Shown here in pieces: positions 44,649 through 55,343 of a stretch of DNA of 55,559 bases. A program made the position numbers and the translations under genes. How positions within the stretch are numbered: the first letter of the stretch is position 1; the number at the start of each line of letters is the position of its first letter. Source of the stretch: Candidatus Alectryocaccomicrobium excrementavium. GTDB lineage: Bacteria; Bacillota; Clostridia; Christensenellales; Aristaeellaceae. The notes under the pieces are model-generated. The model saw only the letters and a list, made by a program, of their open reading frames with translations, was not told the DNA's origin and searched no databases. The stretch spans positions 1 through 55,559 of the forward strand of contig DVJN01000222.1 of the NCBI GenBank assembly GCA_018716755.1, in the 5' to 3' direction.

Positions 44649-46214
44649 TCAGCGCTGGTTCAATTCCGCGTAGCGCAGCACATTGCGGCACAAAAACGCC
44701 ACCAGCAGGGCCAGCGCCGCGTTGACCGCCGCCAGCAGAAAATATCCCGCGGTCTGCGTCCAGGCAACCGATCCCAGCACGCACGCCACTGTGCCCGGCA
44801 CGGCCAGCACAATCATCGCCAGATAATAAAACAGCATCACCAGCACCTTGCTGGCAAGCCCGCCGAACAGGCGCTCGATCATCAGGTTGCCCGCCATGAA
44901 GAGCAGGCCGAACGAAAAGCGCACCAGTACCAGCGCAACGGTTTCCCCGATGGTGAGCCCCAGAATCAGCCCCACGCCCACCATGCACAGCACAGCTTCC
45001 ACGGCCATGCCGCGCAGGCTGGTGCGCAGGCACTGCAGCAATTTTTGAAACGGCGGCTCGGGAATGAGATAGATATAGGGCCGGGTGAGTTCCTTCACCC
45101 ACCGTCCCAGCATCACGCTGGTAACCTGCATCACCGTGGCAAAGATCAAAACCGGCAGGATACCTTCATCGCGCAAAAAGAAAGTGTACGCGAAGGTGAT
45201 CGCCAGATAAATCAGCTCTGGCACGCCGATGAGGGACGCGCGCGCACGCCGGTCCTCGAGCCTGTGCTTATAATACAGCGCGCTCGCGCCTTCGCCGCGG
45301 CTCAGGCCCGTCTTGCCCAGGCGCACCTTTTCCGGCGCGGTTTCAAGGGAGCCGCTCTGCCGCGTGAGCTGCACCTGCTGCTGGTATTCCGTAGCCGCCA
45401 GCACGTCCTCATAGTAAGAACGCTTCATCCGCGAAATCAGGACGGTGAGCAAAACCGGCAACAAAACCACAGGCAGCGCGCCGCACAGCGCCAGGCCAAA
45501 GTCCCCCGCAAAAATGCCGCTCATCACCGCTGCCAGCCATCCCCCCACCGGAAAGAAGCGCATGGCGGGGGAATTCGCGCAATCCACGAGCGCGGCGAGG
45601 GGCGCATCCATGCGGACAAGCGCGCCATAGAGCGCATATCCCGCCGCCAACAGGCATATGCAGGCCGTGACTGCGCGAATGGCGCGCTTGCGCGCCGCGC
45701 TGCCACTGGAAAACGCATAAAGCGCCGTAGCGGTAATCTGCCCCAAAAACACGCTCACGCCATAACAGAGCACAATCAGCAAAAGTCCGCCCGCGCCCAC
45801 GCCATACTGGCCGTGCACCCAGGAATACTGGAACAGCAAAAACAGCCCCAGCACCAGCGCCGTGCCCAGCCCGCGCAAAAGGCCATACATCAAAATGCGC
45901 ACCGGCGGCACGGGCGAGGGAAAGAGTAGATTCACATCCGCCATGGAAAACATGGAGGCGCCGCGCGCAAGCCCCTGCATGGCGAGCATCACAAACATCA
46001 CCGCGTTCAGGGCAAACGCCATGGCAATCAGTTCTCGGACATCCCGCAGGCCTTCTCCGGCCAGATTTTCCGCGCGTATTTCGCCGCCGCCAAACAGCGA
46101 CACGCCCAGAATCGCCACGATCAGAACCGCCACGATCCAAAAAGAAGGCCGCCGCAGCGCGCGCTTCAGGCCATTGGCCAGCGTGCGCCAAAGCAAATAA
46201 GCCAACGCACTCAT
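44649..46214 (-). CDS. Polytopic membrane protein, the putative ABC exporter permease component (putative-ABC-exporter family), substrate unknown
   Basis: 521 aa with about 12 hydrophobic segments. Its ATGA overlaps the preceding ATPase stop. I recognise no FtsX or ABC-2 signature. Confidence 0.65.
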   Translation of the reverse strand: MSALAYLLWRTLANGLKRALRRPSFWIVAVLIVAILGVSLFGGGEIRAENLAGEGLRDVRELIAMAFALNAVMFVMLAMQGLARGASMFSMADVNLLFPSPVPPVRILMYGLLRGLGTALVLGLFLLFQYSWVHGQYGVGAGGLLLIVLCYGVSVFLGQITATALYAFSSGSAARKRAIRAVTACICLLAAGYALYGALVRMDAPLAALVDCANSPAMRFFPVGGWLAAVMSGIFAGDFGLALCGALPVVLLPVLLTVLISRMKRSYYEDVLAATEYQQQVQLTRQSGSLETAPEKVRLGKTGLSRGEGASALYYKHRLEDRRARASLIGVPELIYLAITFAYTFFLRDEGILPVLIFATVMQVTSVMLGRWVKELTRPYIYLIPEPPFQKLLQCLRTSLRGMAVEAVLCMVGVGLILGLTIGETVALVLVRFSFGLLFMAGNLMIERLFGGLASKVLVMLFYYLAMIVLAVPGTVACVLGSVAWTQTAGYFLLAAVNAALALLVAFLCRNVLRYAELNQR

Positions 46215-46924
46215 GCCCGCTCCCCCTTATCGCGCTCGGTAATTTCGAAGAAGAGCTGTTCGAGCGGCTTTTCATCCACGCCCTCGCGGTTTTCGCGCGT
46301 GGCGGCAAAGCGCCCGTTCATCATGATGTGCGCCACATCCCAAAAGTCTTCCACGCTGTCGATCATATGTGTGCTGATGAGCACGGAAGCGCCGCCGCGC
46401 TTCAATTCGCCAAAGAGCTCTTTCAGCTCCTTGATGGCATGCGGATCGAGGCCGACCAGCGGCTCATCGAAGATCACCACTTCGGGCCGTGGCAGCAGCG
46501 CGCAAATCACCGAAAGCTTTTGCTGCATGCCCTTGGAAAGTTCCTTGCCCAGCTTATCGCGCTTATCGTCCATTTCAAAGCGTTCGAGCAACGCGTCCGC
46601 GTAGGCATTGGCCTCGTCGCCCAGCCGGTACGCGCGCCGGATGAATTCCACGTGCTCGCCCACAGTGAGCAGTTCATACACGGCCGGCATTTCCGGCACA
46701 TAGCCCAGCGCATGCTTGGCTTCCAGCGAATCATTGGCATGGCCCGCCACCAGAATCTGGCCCTGAAAGCGCAATAGCCCCGCAATGCACTTGATAATTG
46801 TCGATTTACCCGCGCCATTGGGCCCCAGCAACACGGCCAGCTGCCCATTTTGCACGGAAAACGATATATCATCGTTGGCCAGTACCTTGCCGTACTTTTT
46901 GGTCACATGATTTACCTGAAGCAT
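46211..46924 (-). CDS. ABC transporter ATP-binding protein (ABC-2/DrrA-like)
   Basis: 237 aa. Walker A is GPNGAGKST, the signature is LSKGMQQKL, Walker B is VIFDEP, and the H-loop is STHM. Confidence 0.9.
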   Translation of the reverse strand: MLQVNHVTKKYGKVLANDDISFSVQNGQLAVLLGPNGAGKSTIIKCIAGLLRFQGQILVAGHANDSLEAKHALGYVPEMPAVYELLTVGEHVEFIRRAYRLGDEANAYADALLERFEMDDKRDKLGKELSKGMQQKLSVICALLPRPEVVIFDEPLVGLDPHAIKELKELFGELKRGGASVLISTHMIDSVEDFWDVAHIMMNGRFAATRENREGVDEKPLEQLFFEITERDKGERA

Positions 46925-46976
46925 ACCGCAAAAAATCCCCCTTGTCCTCCAGGCGTGCTCGCCCGGGCATGGGGGA

Positions 46977-47004
46977 ATTATAGCACAAGCGCGCGAAGAC
47001 GCAA
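46977..47004 (-). promoter_or_regulatory. Putative promoter of the ABC exporter pair (TTGCGT-N16-TGCTATAAT, extended -10)
   Basis: On the reverse strand, TTGCGT lies at 47004..46999 and TGC-TATAAT at 46985..46977. Confidence 0.4.
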
Positions 47005-47026
47005 TGCTTTTTCCATCAAAAGTGCG

Positions 47027-48832
47027 TTAGCACGCCTCATCCGTCGCTTTGAGCGTCATAAAAAAGTCCGATCCCTTGCCCACTTCTGTCACAACATCGA
47101 TGGCGCCGCCCATGCGCTCCACCGCCAGCTTGGCAATCGCCAGGCCCAGGCCCGTGCCGGACATGCGCATACGCGAGCGGTCCGCCTTGTAAAACCGCTC
47201 CCAGATATAAGGCAAATCGCGGCTTTCAATGCCTGTGCCCGTATCCCGCACGCCGATCACGGTCTTTTTACCCGCGTGCTCGCTCCTGGCGTAAAGCGTG
47301 ATGGTGCCGCCGGTGGGTGTAAAGCTCAGGGCGTTATCCAGCAAAATGAGCAGCACCTGCATCACGCGCTCCTCATCGGCCATGGCAGTGAGGTTCGCGC
47401 CGGCTTCCACGCGCACTTCAATGCCAGCCTCCTGCGCGCGGGCGGAAATTTGCCGCCGCGCGGCCTGCAAAATCCCCTCCACGCCGATTTCTTCCAATTC
47501 CATCTGCACTACGCCCGCCTGCAGGCGGCTCACATCCAGCATATCGCTGATCAGGTGTTCCAGCCGGATGGTTTCTTTATAAATCACGCGGTAGCAGCCC
47601 TGCCGCTCTTCCTCGGTTTCCATATAGCCGTCGATGAGCGGCTCGACCATGCCGCGGATGCCCGTGAGCGGCGTGCGCAATTCATGGGAAATGTTGGCGA
47701 TGTAATCCCGCCGCAGCTGTTCCAGCCGCGCGGACTCGGACACATCGCGCAGCAGCACCACCGCGCCGGTCACGCAATCGCCATCCATCACGGCGCTCAC
47801 CGTAGCCTCCAGGTTCCGCTCGCTCTCGTTCACCCAGGTGATCACCTGCTTATCCCCGGTCTCGATGCAGGCGCGCACCGCGTCCATCACCATGCGGTGA
47901 TTGGGATGATCCGATTCGCGCAGCGCCTGGAAATCTTTTACTTCCAGCACTTCCAGTGCCGGCAGGTTGCCGTGCATCATCTCGCCCTGCGTGTCCACGG
48001 CGATTACGCCCTCGCCCAGGCTGAGCAGGATCTGCTCCAACTTGCGCTTTTCCGCGCGCAGGTTCGCAATCACGCCATCCAGCCGGCCGGAGAGCAAATT
48101 GAGCGTGCCGCCCAACACACCGATTTCGTCTCCCGTGGACACGGCTACGCGGTCGCCATAGTGCCCGTCGGCCATGCGCAGCGCGGTCTGGTTCATGGAG
48201 ATCAGCGGCTGCGTGAAGCGCCGGCTGATAAACCAGGCGAACGCCGTGGACAACAGCATCGCCAGCGCTACGCCCACAATCAGCGTCATCGACATGCCCA
48301 GCGCCGCCACGTGAATTTCGCTCATTGTGCGGTACGCCATCACCGCCATGTTCACCGTGTTATCCGCCGTGAACACCGGCACAATAGCGAACGCGATCTG
48401 GTTGCCAAAAAACTCCAGGTAGCGCGTGTCCAGCACGGTTTCGCCCGCAAACACGCGCTCTACCAGTTCGGTATCCAGCGCATCGATGATCACCGTGATT
48501 TCCCAATCGCTCTGGGGGTTCTTTTTGCGGTGGGCGATGAATTCATCGCCATACGCCTCCAGCACCATAAAATCGTCGCGCTGGCTTTTTTCAAAAAACA
48601 GGGGATTGACGCTGGGATCCACCTCTTTGGAGTATTCCGCCATGAACTGCGCCTGTTCGGAAAGCTCCGTGAGCGCCTCGCTGGTGATCGAATCCACGCT
48701 GAGCGCAAAGGAAACCACCCCGGCCACCACCACGACAAACAGGCTCAAAAGCACATAGCTCGTGAGCAGTTTGCCAAAAATCCCCATGGATTGCCCGCCC
48801 AAAGCGGCTTTAATCTTCTTCCAGCTTTTCAA
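47027..48832 (-). CDS. Sensor histidine kinase (TM, extracellular domain, TM, HAMP, PAS, HisKA, HATPase_c; PhoR/ResE/WalK-like architecture)
   Basis: 601 aa. The H-box is ANISHELRTPLT, the N-box is LLDNALSFT, and the G-boxes are DTGTGI and GTGLGLAIAK. The TTG start at 48832 overlaps the regulator gene by 23 nt. The ATG at 48787 is an alternative. Confidence 0.9.
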   Translation of the reverse strand: MKSWKKIKAALGGQSMGIFGKLLTSYVLLSLFVVVVAGVVSFALSVDSITSEALTELSEQAQFMAEYSKEVDPSVNPLFFEKSQRDDFMVLEAYGDEFIAHRKKNPQSDWEITVIIDALDTELVERVFAGETVLDTRYLEFFGNQIAFAIVPVFTADNTVNMAVMAYRTMSEIHVAALGMSMTLIVGVALAMLLSTAFAWFISRRFTQPLISMNQTALRMADGHYGDRVAVSTGDEIGVLGGTLNLLSGRLDGVIANLRAEKRKLEQILLSLGEGVIAVDTQGEMMHGNLPALEVLEVKDFQALRESDHPNHRMVMDAVRACIETGDKQVITWVNESERNLEATVSAVMDGDCVTGAVVLLRDVSESARLEQLRRDYIANISHELRTPLTGIRGMVEPLIDGYMETEEERQGCYRVIYKETIRLEHLISDMLDVSRLQAGVVQMELEEIGVEGILQAARRQISARAQEAGIEVRVEAGANLTAMADEERVMQVLLILLDNALSFTPTGGTITLYARSEHAGKKTVIGVRDTGTGIESRDLPYIWERFYKADRSRMRMSGTGLGLAIAKLAVERMGGAIDVVTEVGKGSDFFMTLKATDEAC

Positions 48833-49517
48833 AGCGGTACCCTATTCCCCAAACCGTGCTGATTTCCCAGCGGTTGCCCGGCTTGCACAGCTTTGCGCGG
48901 ATGCGCTTGATATGGCTGTCCACTGCGCGCGTGTCGCCCAAAAAGTCATAGCCCCAGATGGTCTTGAGCAAATGTTCCCGGCTGAATACCATGCCCGGAT
49001 TTTTGGCGAGCGTCCAGATGATTTCGATCTCCTTAGGGGTGCAGGGGATCACCTGCCCATCCAGTTTCACGAGGAACGCGTTCATATCGATTTCCAGATT
49101 GTCCACCACCACGCGCGCCGAGCGGCTCTCGTCGTGCATTTCGCGCATGCGGCGCAGCACCGCCTTCACGCGCGCCACCACCTCCCGGGGACTGAAGGGC
49201 TTTGTAATATAATCGTCCGCGCCCAATTCCAACCCGATGAGCTTGTCGAATTCTTCGCCCTTCGCCGACAGCATGATGATGGGAATATTGGAATTTTTGC
49301 GCACCTCGCGGCAAACCTGCAGCCCGTCCTTTTTCGGCATCATAATGTCCAATATGATGATATCCGGATGGGCCTCCTGCTCCTGCCGCAGGGCCTGTTC
49401 GCCATCGTAGGCGGAAAGCATCAAATATCCTTCGCGCTTAAAATACGCGTTGAGCGATTGATGTACGTTCGGATCGTCATCCGCAACCAGAACGCGGCAA
49501 CCCCGATATTCTTCCAT
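48810..49517 (-). CDS. OmpR-family response regulator
   Basis: Trimmed to MEEYRGCRVLVADDD, after AGGAGG. The receiver Asp lies in IILDIMMPKKDG, and the C-terminal winged helix ends in WGIGYRF. Confidence 0.9.
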   Translation of the reverse strand: MEEYRGCRVLVADDDPNVHQSLNAYFKREGYLMLSAYDGEQALRQEQEAHPDIIILDIMMPKKDGLQVCREVRKNSNIPIIMLSAKGEEFDKLIGLELGADDYITKPFSPREVVARVKAVLRRMREMHDESRSARVVVDNLEIDMNAFLVKLDGQVIPCTPKEIEIIWTLAKNPGMVFSREHLLKTIWGYDFLGDTRAVDSHIKRIRAKLCKPGNRWEISTVWGIGYRFEKLEED

Positions 49518-49710
49518 TGCCTTGCCTCCTGTCTTTTTTTCGATTGTAACGCATTTCTTTGTCAAAAGTATGGCACAGATATAAACAAGTTTTCGTTTGC
49601 CGTTTAAATTCCCTGCCAGCGGCGCATTTTTTCCACTCCGGGCAATGTAACGGTATCATTTCTTTGCCTGCCTGTCAAGCAAAAAACCCGGATTTACCCG
49701 TGAAAATCCC

Positions 49711-49739
49711 TTGAAATCTTGCGCATTCACAGGTATAAT
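49711..49739 (+). promoter_or_regulatory. Near-consensus promoter (TTGAAA-N17-TATAAT) placed so that transcription would start at the ATG of the next gene
   Basis: TTGAAA at 49711-49716, an exact 17-nt spacer, and TATAAT at 49734-49739. The A of the ATG (49746) is 7 nt after the -10. Confidence 0.5.
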
Positions 49740-49745
49740 GGTGGT

Positions 49746-50099
49746 ATGAACAATAAAAGGCGGATTGCATGGCCGCTCGCATGGGCGGCCGAGTGGGTTG
49801 CCATGCTCCTTTTGAGCGCGCTGTGCCTGTTCGCGCCCCTTTGGACGCGGTCGTATTCCCTCGTGCAGGGGATATGCCTGTATGGGATTTTACCCGTGGC
49901 GGGCCTTGCATGCGCGTATGCCAGCGTGCGGCAGGGCGTGAACGGTTTGCTCGCCCTGGCCGCCCCGCCGGGCGCGCTCATCGTTGCGTATGCCGCTTTC
50001 GTCGGCACGCTTCCCACGGGCGGCAGCTGCGCCGCCTCGTTTTTCGCGGCTCTGTTGGGCAGCGCCGCCGGTGTGGAAAAGAACCGAAGGGGAAAATGA
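49746..50099 (+). CDS. Small hypothetical membrane protein (about 3-4 TM helices), possibly translated from a leaderless mRNA
   Basis: ORF 49719..50099, trimmed to MNNKRRIAWPLAWAAEWVAMLLLSALCLFAPLW. It is hydrophobic throughout and ends in a basic tail, EKNRRGK. I recognise no family. Confidence 0.45.
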   Translation: MNNKRRIAWPLAWAAEWVAMLLLSALCLFAPLWTRSYSLVQGICLYGILPVAGLACAYASVRQGVNGLLALAAPPGALIVAYAAFVGTLPTGGSCAASFFAALLGSAAGVEKNRRGK

Positions 50100-50159
50100 T
50101 CTTGTTATTGTACAAAAGCGCGCGCAACAGCGCGCGACCGACGAGGAGGGTTTTTCATT

Positions 50160-51689
50160 ATGGCTGATCACGACCTGCTTTTAACCTGCGACGCGGGCAC
50201 CACCGGCGTGAAATGCACCGTATTTTCCGCCACGGGCGACGCGCTTTGTTCCGTGCGCCGCGGTTATCCCACGGTGTACCCCCGCCCCGGCTGGGCTGAG
50301 CAGGATCCCGACGCCATTCTCGCCGCCGCGTGCGATGGCATCCACGAGCTGCTCATGCAGGTTTCCCCCGTGCGCATTGCCTGCCTGGGGCTATCGGGCA
50401 CGATGAACGGCTGCATTCCCGTCGCCGCAGATGGGCGCGCGCTGCACCCGAACATCATCCATTCCGATTCGCGCACCGGCGCAGAAGTGGAAAAAATTGG
50501 CCGCATCATCAATCCAAAGGAATTCTACGCCTTGACCGGCAACCGGCTCAACACCCATTATACCCTGCCCAAAATTCTCTGGTTCCGCGAAAAAATGCCG
50601 GAGGTTTACAAAAACGTCTGCTGGTGGATGAACATCAAGGACTATATCTATGGGCATCTCACCGGAAAATTTGGCTACACCGATTATTCCGATGCGTCGC
50701 TCACCTGCTGCATGGACATTCATAAAAAGCAGTGGGCTGAATCGCTGCTAAACGAACTCAATATCCCCGTTGCGCACATGCCCCGCATCCTGGCCGGGCA
50801 CGACATCCGCGGCCGCATCTCGCGCGAAGCGGCCCGGCGCACGGGGCTGCACGCGGGCACGCCCGTAGCCATCGGCGGCGGCGACGGCGCCTGCACCGCG
50901 CGCGGCGCGGGCCTGTATGAGCCGGGATATGCCTATTGCTACATCGGCTCCAGCGCCTGGGTGAGCCAGCTCACGGAGGAGCCCATGCTCGATCCGCAGG
51001 CGCGCATCTTCAACGTCACGGATATGGACGGGCAATTCAACCACATGATCGGCACCGTGCAGTGCGGGGCGGCGGCCTTCAACTGGGCCCTGGAAAACTT
51101 CTTCTCCGGTGGCAGCGGCTCCGCGGCGGAAATTTCCGTGGTGGAAAATCTGGCGCGCAGCGTCGCGCCTGGCGCGGAAGGCGTGCTGTTCCTGCCCACG
51201 CTGATGGGAGAGCGCACCCCATATTGGGATGAAAACACCCGCGGTTGCCTGCTCGGTTTCACGCTCTACCACAACCGCCGCCATGTGGCCCGCGCCGTGT
51301 ACGAGGGCATCGCCTTCGCCCTCAATTCCTGCTATCAGATCATGCAGGAACTGGACGGCCGCCAGCACAGCGTCACGCTGGCGGGCGGCGGCGCGCGCAG
51401 CGGCCTGTGGCCGAACATTCTCGCTTCCGTGTTTGGCACGCAAACGCGCGTTCACTCCGCGCCCGGCGAATGCACCAGCCTGGGGGCCGCCATTGCCGCG
51501 GGCGTGGGCGTCGGCCTGTTCCAGGACTACGCCCAGGGAGCCAAAATGGCGCGCACGCGTTCCACGCACGAGCCAAACGAGGCCTGGATGGAAAAATACC
51601 GCGAAATCTATCCCATTTACGCGCGGATGTACGGCCAGCTCAAGCCGCTGTACGATGAAATCGCCGCGCTGCGGCAGGGCGAAGCCTGA
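50160..51689 (+). CDS. FGGY-family carbohydrate kinase (xylulokinase/gluconokinase-like)
   Basis: 509 aa. The N-terminus is LLTCDAGTTGVKCTVFS...YPRPGWAEQDP, with later GGGDGACTARGAG and LAGGGARSGLWPNILASVFG. The RBS is GAGGAGGG. Confidence 0.85.
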   Translation: MADHDLLLTCDAGTTGVKCTVFSATGDALCSVRRGYPTVYPRPGWAEQDPDAILAAACDGIHELLMQVSPVRIACLGLSGTMNGCIPVAADGRALHPNIIHSDSRTGAEVEKIGRIINPKEFYALTGNRLNTHYTLPKILWFREKMPEVYKNVCWWMNIKDYIYGHLTGKFGYTDYSDASLTCCMDIHKKQWAESLLNELNIPVAHMPRILAGHDIRGRISREAARRTGLHAGTPVAIGGGDGACTARGAGLYEPGYAYCYIGSSAWVSQLTEEPMLDPQARIFNVTDMDGQFNHMIGTVQCGAAAFNWALENFFSGGSGSAAEISVVENLARSVAPGAEGVLFLPTLMGERTPYWDENTRGCLLGFTLYHNRRHVARAVYEGIAFALNSCYQIMQELDGRQHSVTLAGGGARSGLWPNILASVFGTQTRVHSAPGECTSLGAAIAAGVGVGLFQDYAQGAKMARTRSTHEPNEAWMEKYREIYPIYARMYGQLKPLYDEIAALRQGEA

Positions 51690-51706
51690 GCGGGTGGCGA
51701 GGAACT

Positions 51707-52437
51707 ATGGCTGAAAACGTCACCCTGCAAAAATACCTCGCCCGGCTCGCGCCCCATGGCCGGGCGCTCTTCCGCATGGCGCACGCCATCACGGAAAACG
51801 CGGAACTGGCCGAATACGCGCTCCTGTCCGCCGTGCGCGCGGCATATCTTTCGCTGGGCGACGACGTCCCCTTTCGCGACAGCATCCGCCACGCGGTAGC
51901 TGGCCAGGCGCTGCGGCAGCTTGCCCGGCGGAACCATGAGGACTATCCCGCCGATTTCAGCTGCTTTGAATTGTCCGGCGATGGAGGCGGCGAAGTGGGC
52001 GCGTGGCTGGCCGCCGAAAAGCCGGAAATCCGCCGCCTTCTGCTGCTGCGCTATGGCTGCGGCCTTGGCTCGAGCGACGCGGGCCGCGCGCTGGGCATTT
52101 CCCGCCAGGCAGCCCGCCGCATGATGGCCGCCGCGCAAGCCAATTTCGGCCGCGCGCTGGGCAACGTTCCATTCGATAAAGCCATGGCCCGCGCCGCCCG
52201 GCGCGAGCTGAACCGCACGGATACCGCTGCTCCGGATATGGGAGCCCTGCTGCGCGCGTTCGAGGCCGACCTGCGCAGCGCGCAAAAGCCGCGGTTTTCC
52301 GTGCGCAGGGCCGTGCGCGCCGGGCTTTGCGGCCTTTGCGCGCTGATTCTGGCCGCCACGTTCTGGCTGTTTGCGGCAATCAGCGCTGCGCCTGAAAGCC
52401 CTCCGGCCACACCGGAAGCCAGTGTAGAGGAATTAAC

Positions 52438-52441
<4 letters not shown>
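51707..52441 (+). CDS. ECF-sigma-like protein carrying a C-terminal extension with one transmembrane helix
   Basis: 244 aa with RBS GAGGA. The sigma-2-like part is LFRMAHAITENAELAEYALLSAVRAAY...FRDSIRHAVAGQALRQLARR. The sigma-4-like HTH is RRLLLLRYGCGLGSSDAGRALGISRQAARRMMAAAQ. A TM segment then follows, GLCGLCALILAATFWLFAAISA. Confidence 0.5.
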
Positions 52442-53955
<1,514 letters not shown>

Positions 53956-53963
53956 CGGTTTGC

Positions 53964-53993
53964 GGCCGCGCCAGCATAATGGCTGGCGCGGCC
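53964..53993 (+). terminator. First of two back-to-back hairpins between the convergent guaB and CNNM-family genes
   Basis: GGCCGCGCCAGC / GCTGGCGCGGCC, a perfect 12-bp stem with a 6-nt loop. The U-tract is weak. Confidence 0.5.
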
Positions 53994-54001
53994 ATAAACG
54001 T

Positions 54002-54031
54002 CCCCTCAGGCGGCTTTGGCCGCCTGAGGGG
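54002..54031 (-). terminator. Second hairpin between the convergent guaB and CNNM-family genes
   Basis: CCCCTCAGGCGGC / GCCGCCTGAGGGG, a perfect 13-bp stem with loop TTTG. Confidence 0.5.
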
Positions 54032-54068
54032 ATGTGTCATCACGTTGCCAGTATCCAAATTGATTTTC

Positions 54069-55343
54069 TCAGCCCACGGCCTTTGCCACATCGCAGCGGA
54101 CGACGCGAATTTTCTGCACGCGGCGGTTCTCCACTTCTGTCACCGTAACGCACAGCCCATCGCGCTCAAATTCATCGCCCACTGCCGCCAGCTTGCCCAG
54201 CGCTTCGCTCACCCAGCCGCTCACGGTGGCGGAATCGCTCTCCCCGCGGATGCCATAATGGCCGAACAGCTTGCCCAGGCTCAGGCTGCCGTTCACCTCG
54301 CAGGCGCCGCCCGGCAGGGGCCGGAAATCCTCCACAATTTCATCGTGCTCATCCCAGATTTCGCCCACCAGTTCTTCCACGATGTCCTCCAGAGACACGA
54401 GGCCGCTCACGCTGCCATACTCATCCATTACCACCGCAAGATGGATGCGGTTCTTTTGCAGATACTGGAGCAGCGCGGAGATCTTCATCCCCGGGGAAAC
54501 CAAAGGAATGGTTTTCAGATAGCGCTCTATGGTGAAGTTCGCGCGATTGGCAAAGAAATCCTTTTCGTAAATCACGCCAACGATGCCGTCGATGTGTTCA
54601 TGGTACACGGGCAGGCGGGAAAAACCCGTTTCCCGGAAAACGCGGTCAATTTCATCGCGCGAAGCCGTATCCTCCACCGCCACCATATCCACGCGCGGCG
54701 TGAGAATATCTGAAACTTCCAAATCGCCAAAGCCAATTGCCGAGCGAATCAGGCTGCTCTCGCTCTCATCAAAACCGCCGTCACTGCGCGCCTTGTCCAC
54801 CAGGAGGCGCAGTTCTTCTTCCATCACATCCGCATCCCCGCCTTCGCTTTCCGCCTCTGCCGCGCCCGGGCGCACGGGCCGCGAAAGCCTTTGCCCCAGC
54901 CATTCCGCGAGCGCGCAGAGCGGGCGAAAACAGGTTGTGAGCGCGCCAGAGAGCCAAAGCAGCCGCATAGCCATGGCTTCCGCGCGGCCGCGCACCCAGA
55001 TTTGCGGCAACAACACGCCCAAAAGCAGCGTCACGGCCGCCAATACCGCAACCGAAACCACCGCCCCCAGGCCACCCCACAACCGGCCAAATAGAAACGC
55101 CGCCACAGCGGCAGCGCAGATATTCGCCATATCCCGCCCCATTTGGATCGAAGGCAGGAGCGCGCCGCCCGGCTCAACGAGCGCGAACACAGCCGCGGCC
55201 TGCTCATTCCCCGCTTCCGCCAGGCTTTTCAGGCGAAGCCTGTTGACATGGGAAAACGCCGCCGCGCACACGGAAAAGCACGCAGAACATGCCAGCAAAA
55301 GCAGAATAACCCCCAGCAACCACAAACAACTATCGCCGTCCAT
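54069..55343 (-). CDS. Hemolysin/CNNM-family protein (DUF21 membrane domain, CBS pair, CorC_HlyC domain)
   Basis: ORF 54069..55370, trimmed to MDGDSCLWLLGVILLLL. TM helices are followed by DILTPRVDMVAVE, a CBS pair (PVYHEHIDGIVGVIYEKD; AVVMDEYGSVSGLVSLEDIVEELVGEIWDEHD), and a C-terminal CorC-like segment. Confidence 0.85.
   Translation of the reverse strand: MDGDSCLWLLGVILLLLACSACFSVCAAAFSHVNRLRLKSLAEAGNEQAAAVFALVEPGGALLPSIQMGRDMANICAAAVAAFLFGRLWGGLGAVVSVAVLAAVTLLLGVLLPQIWVRGRAEAMAMRLLWLSGALTTCFRPLCALAEWLGQRLSRPVRPGAAEAESEGGDADVMEEELRLLVDKARSDGGFDESESSLIRSAIGFGDLEVSDILTPRVDMVAVEDTASRDEIDRVFRETGFSRLPVYHEHIDGIVGVIYEKDFFANRANFTIERYLKTIPLVSPGMKISALLQYLQKNRIHLAVVMDEYGSVSGLVSLEDIVEELVGEIWDEHDEIVEDFRPLPGGACEVNGSLSLGKLFGHYGIRGESDSATVSGWVSEALGKLAAVGDEFERDGLCVTVTEVENRRVQKIRVVRCDVAKAVG

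Noticed and set aside
46850-48862. A 670-aa plus-strand ORF lies opposite histidine kinase 2.
   Set aside because: It is antisense to a gene with H, N and G boxes in the correct order. Its sequence is low-complexity and His/Arg/Ala-rich. I treat it as a shadow ORF.
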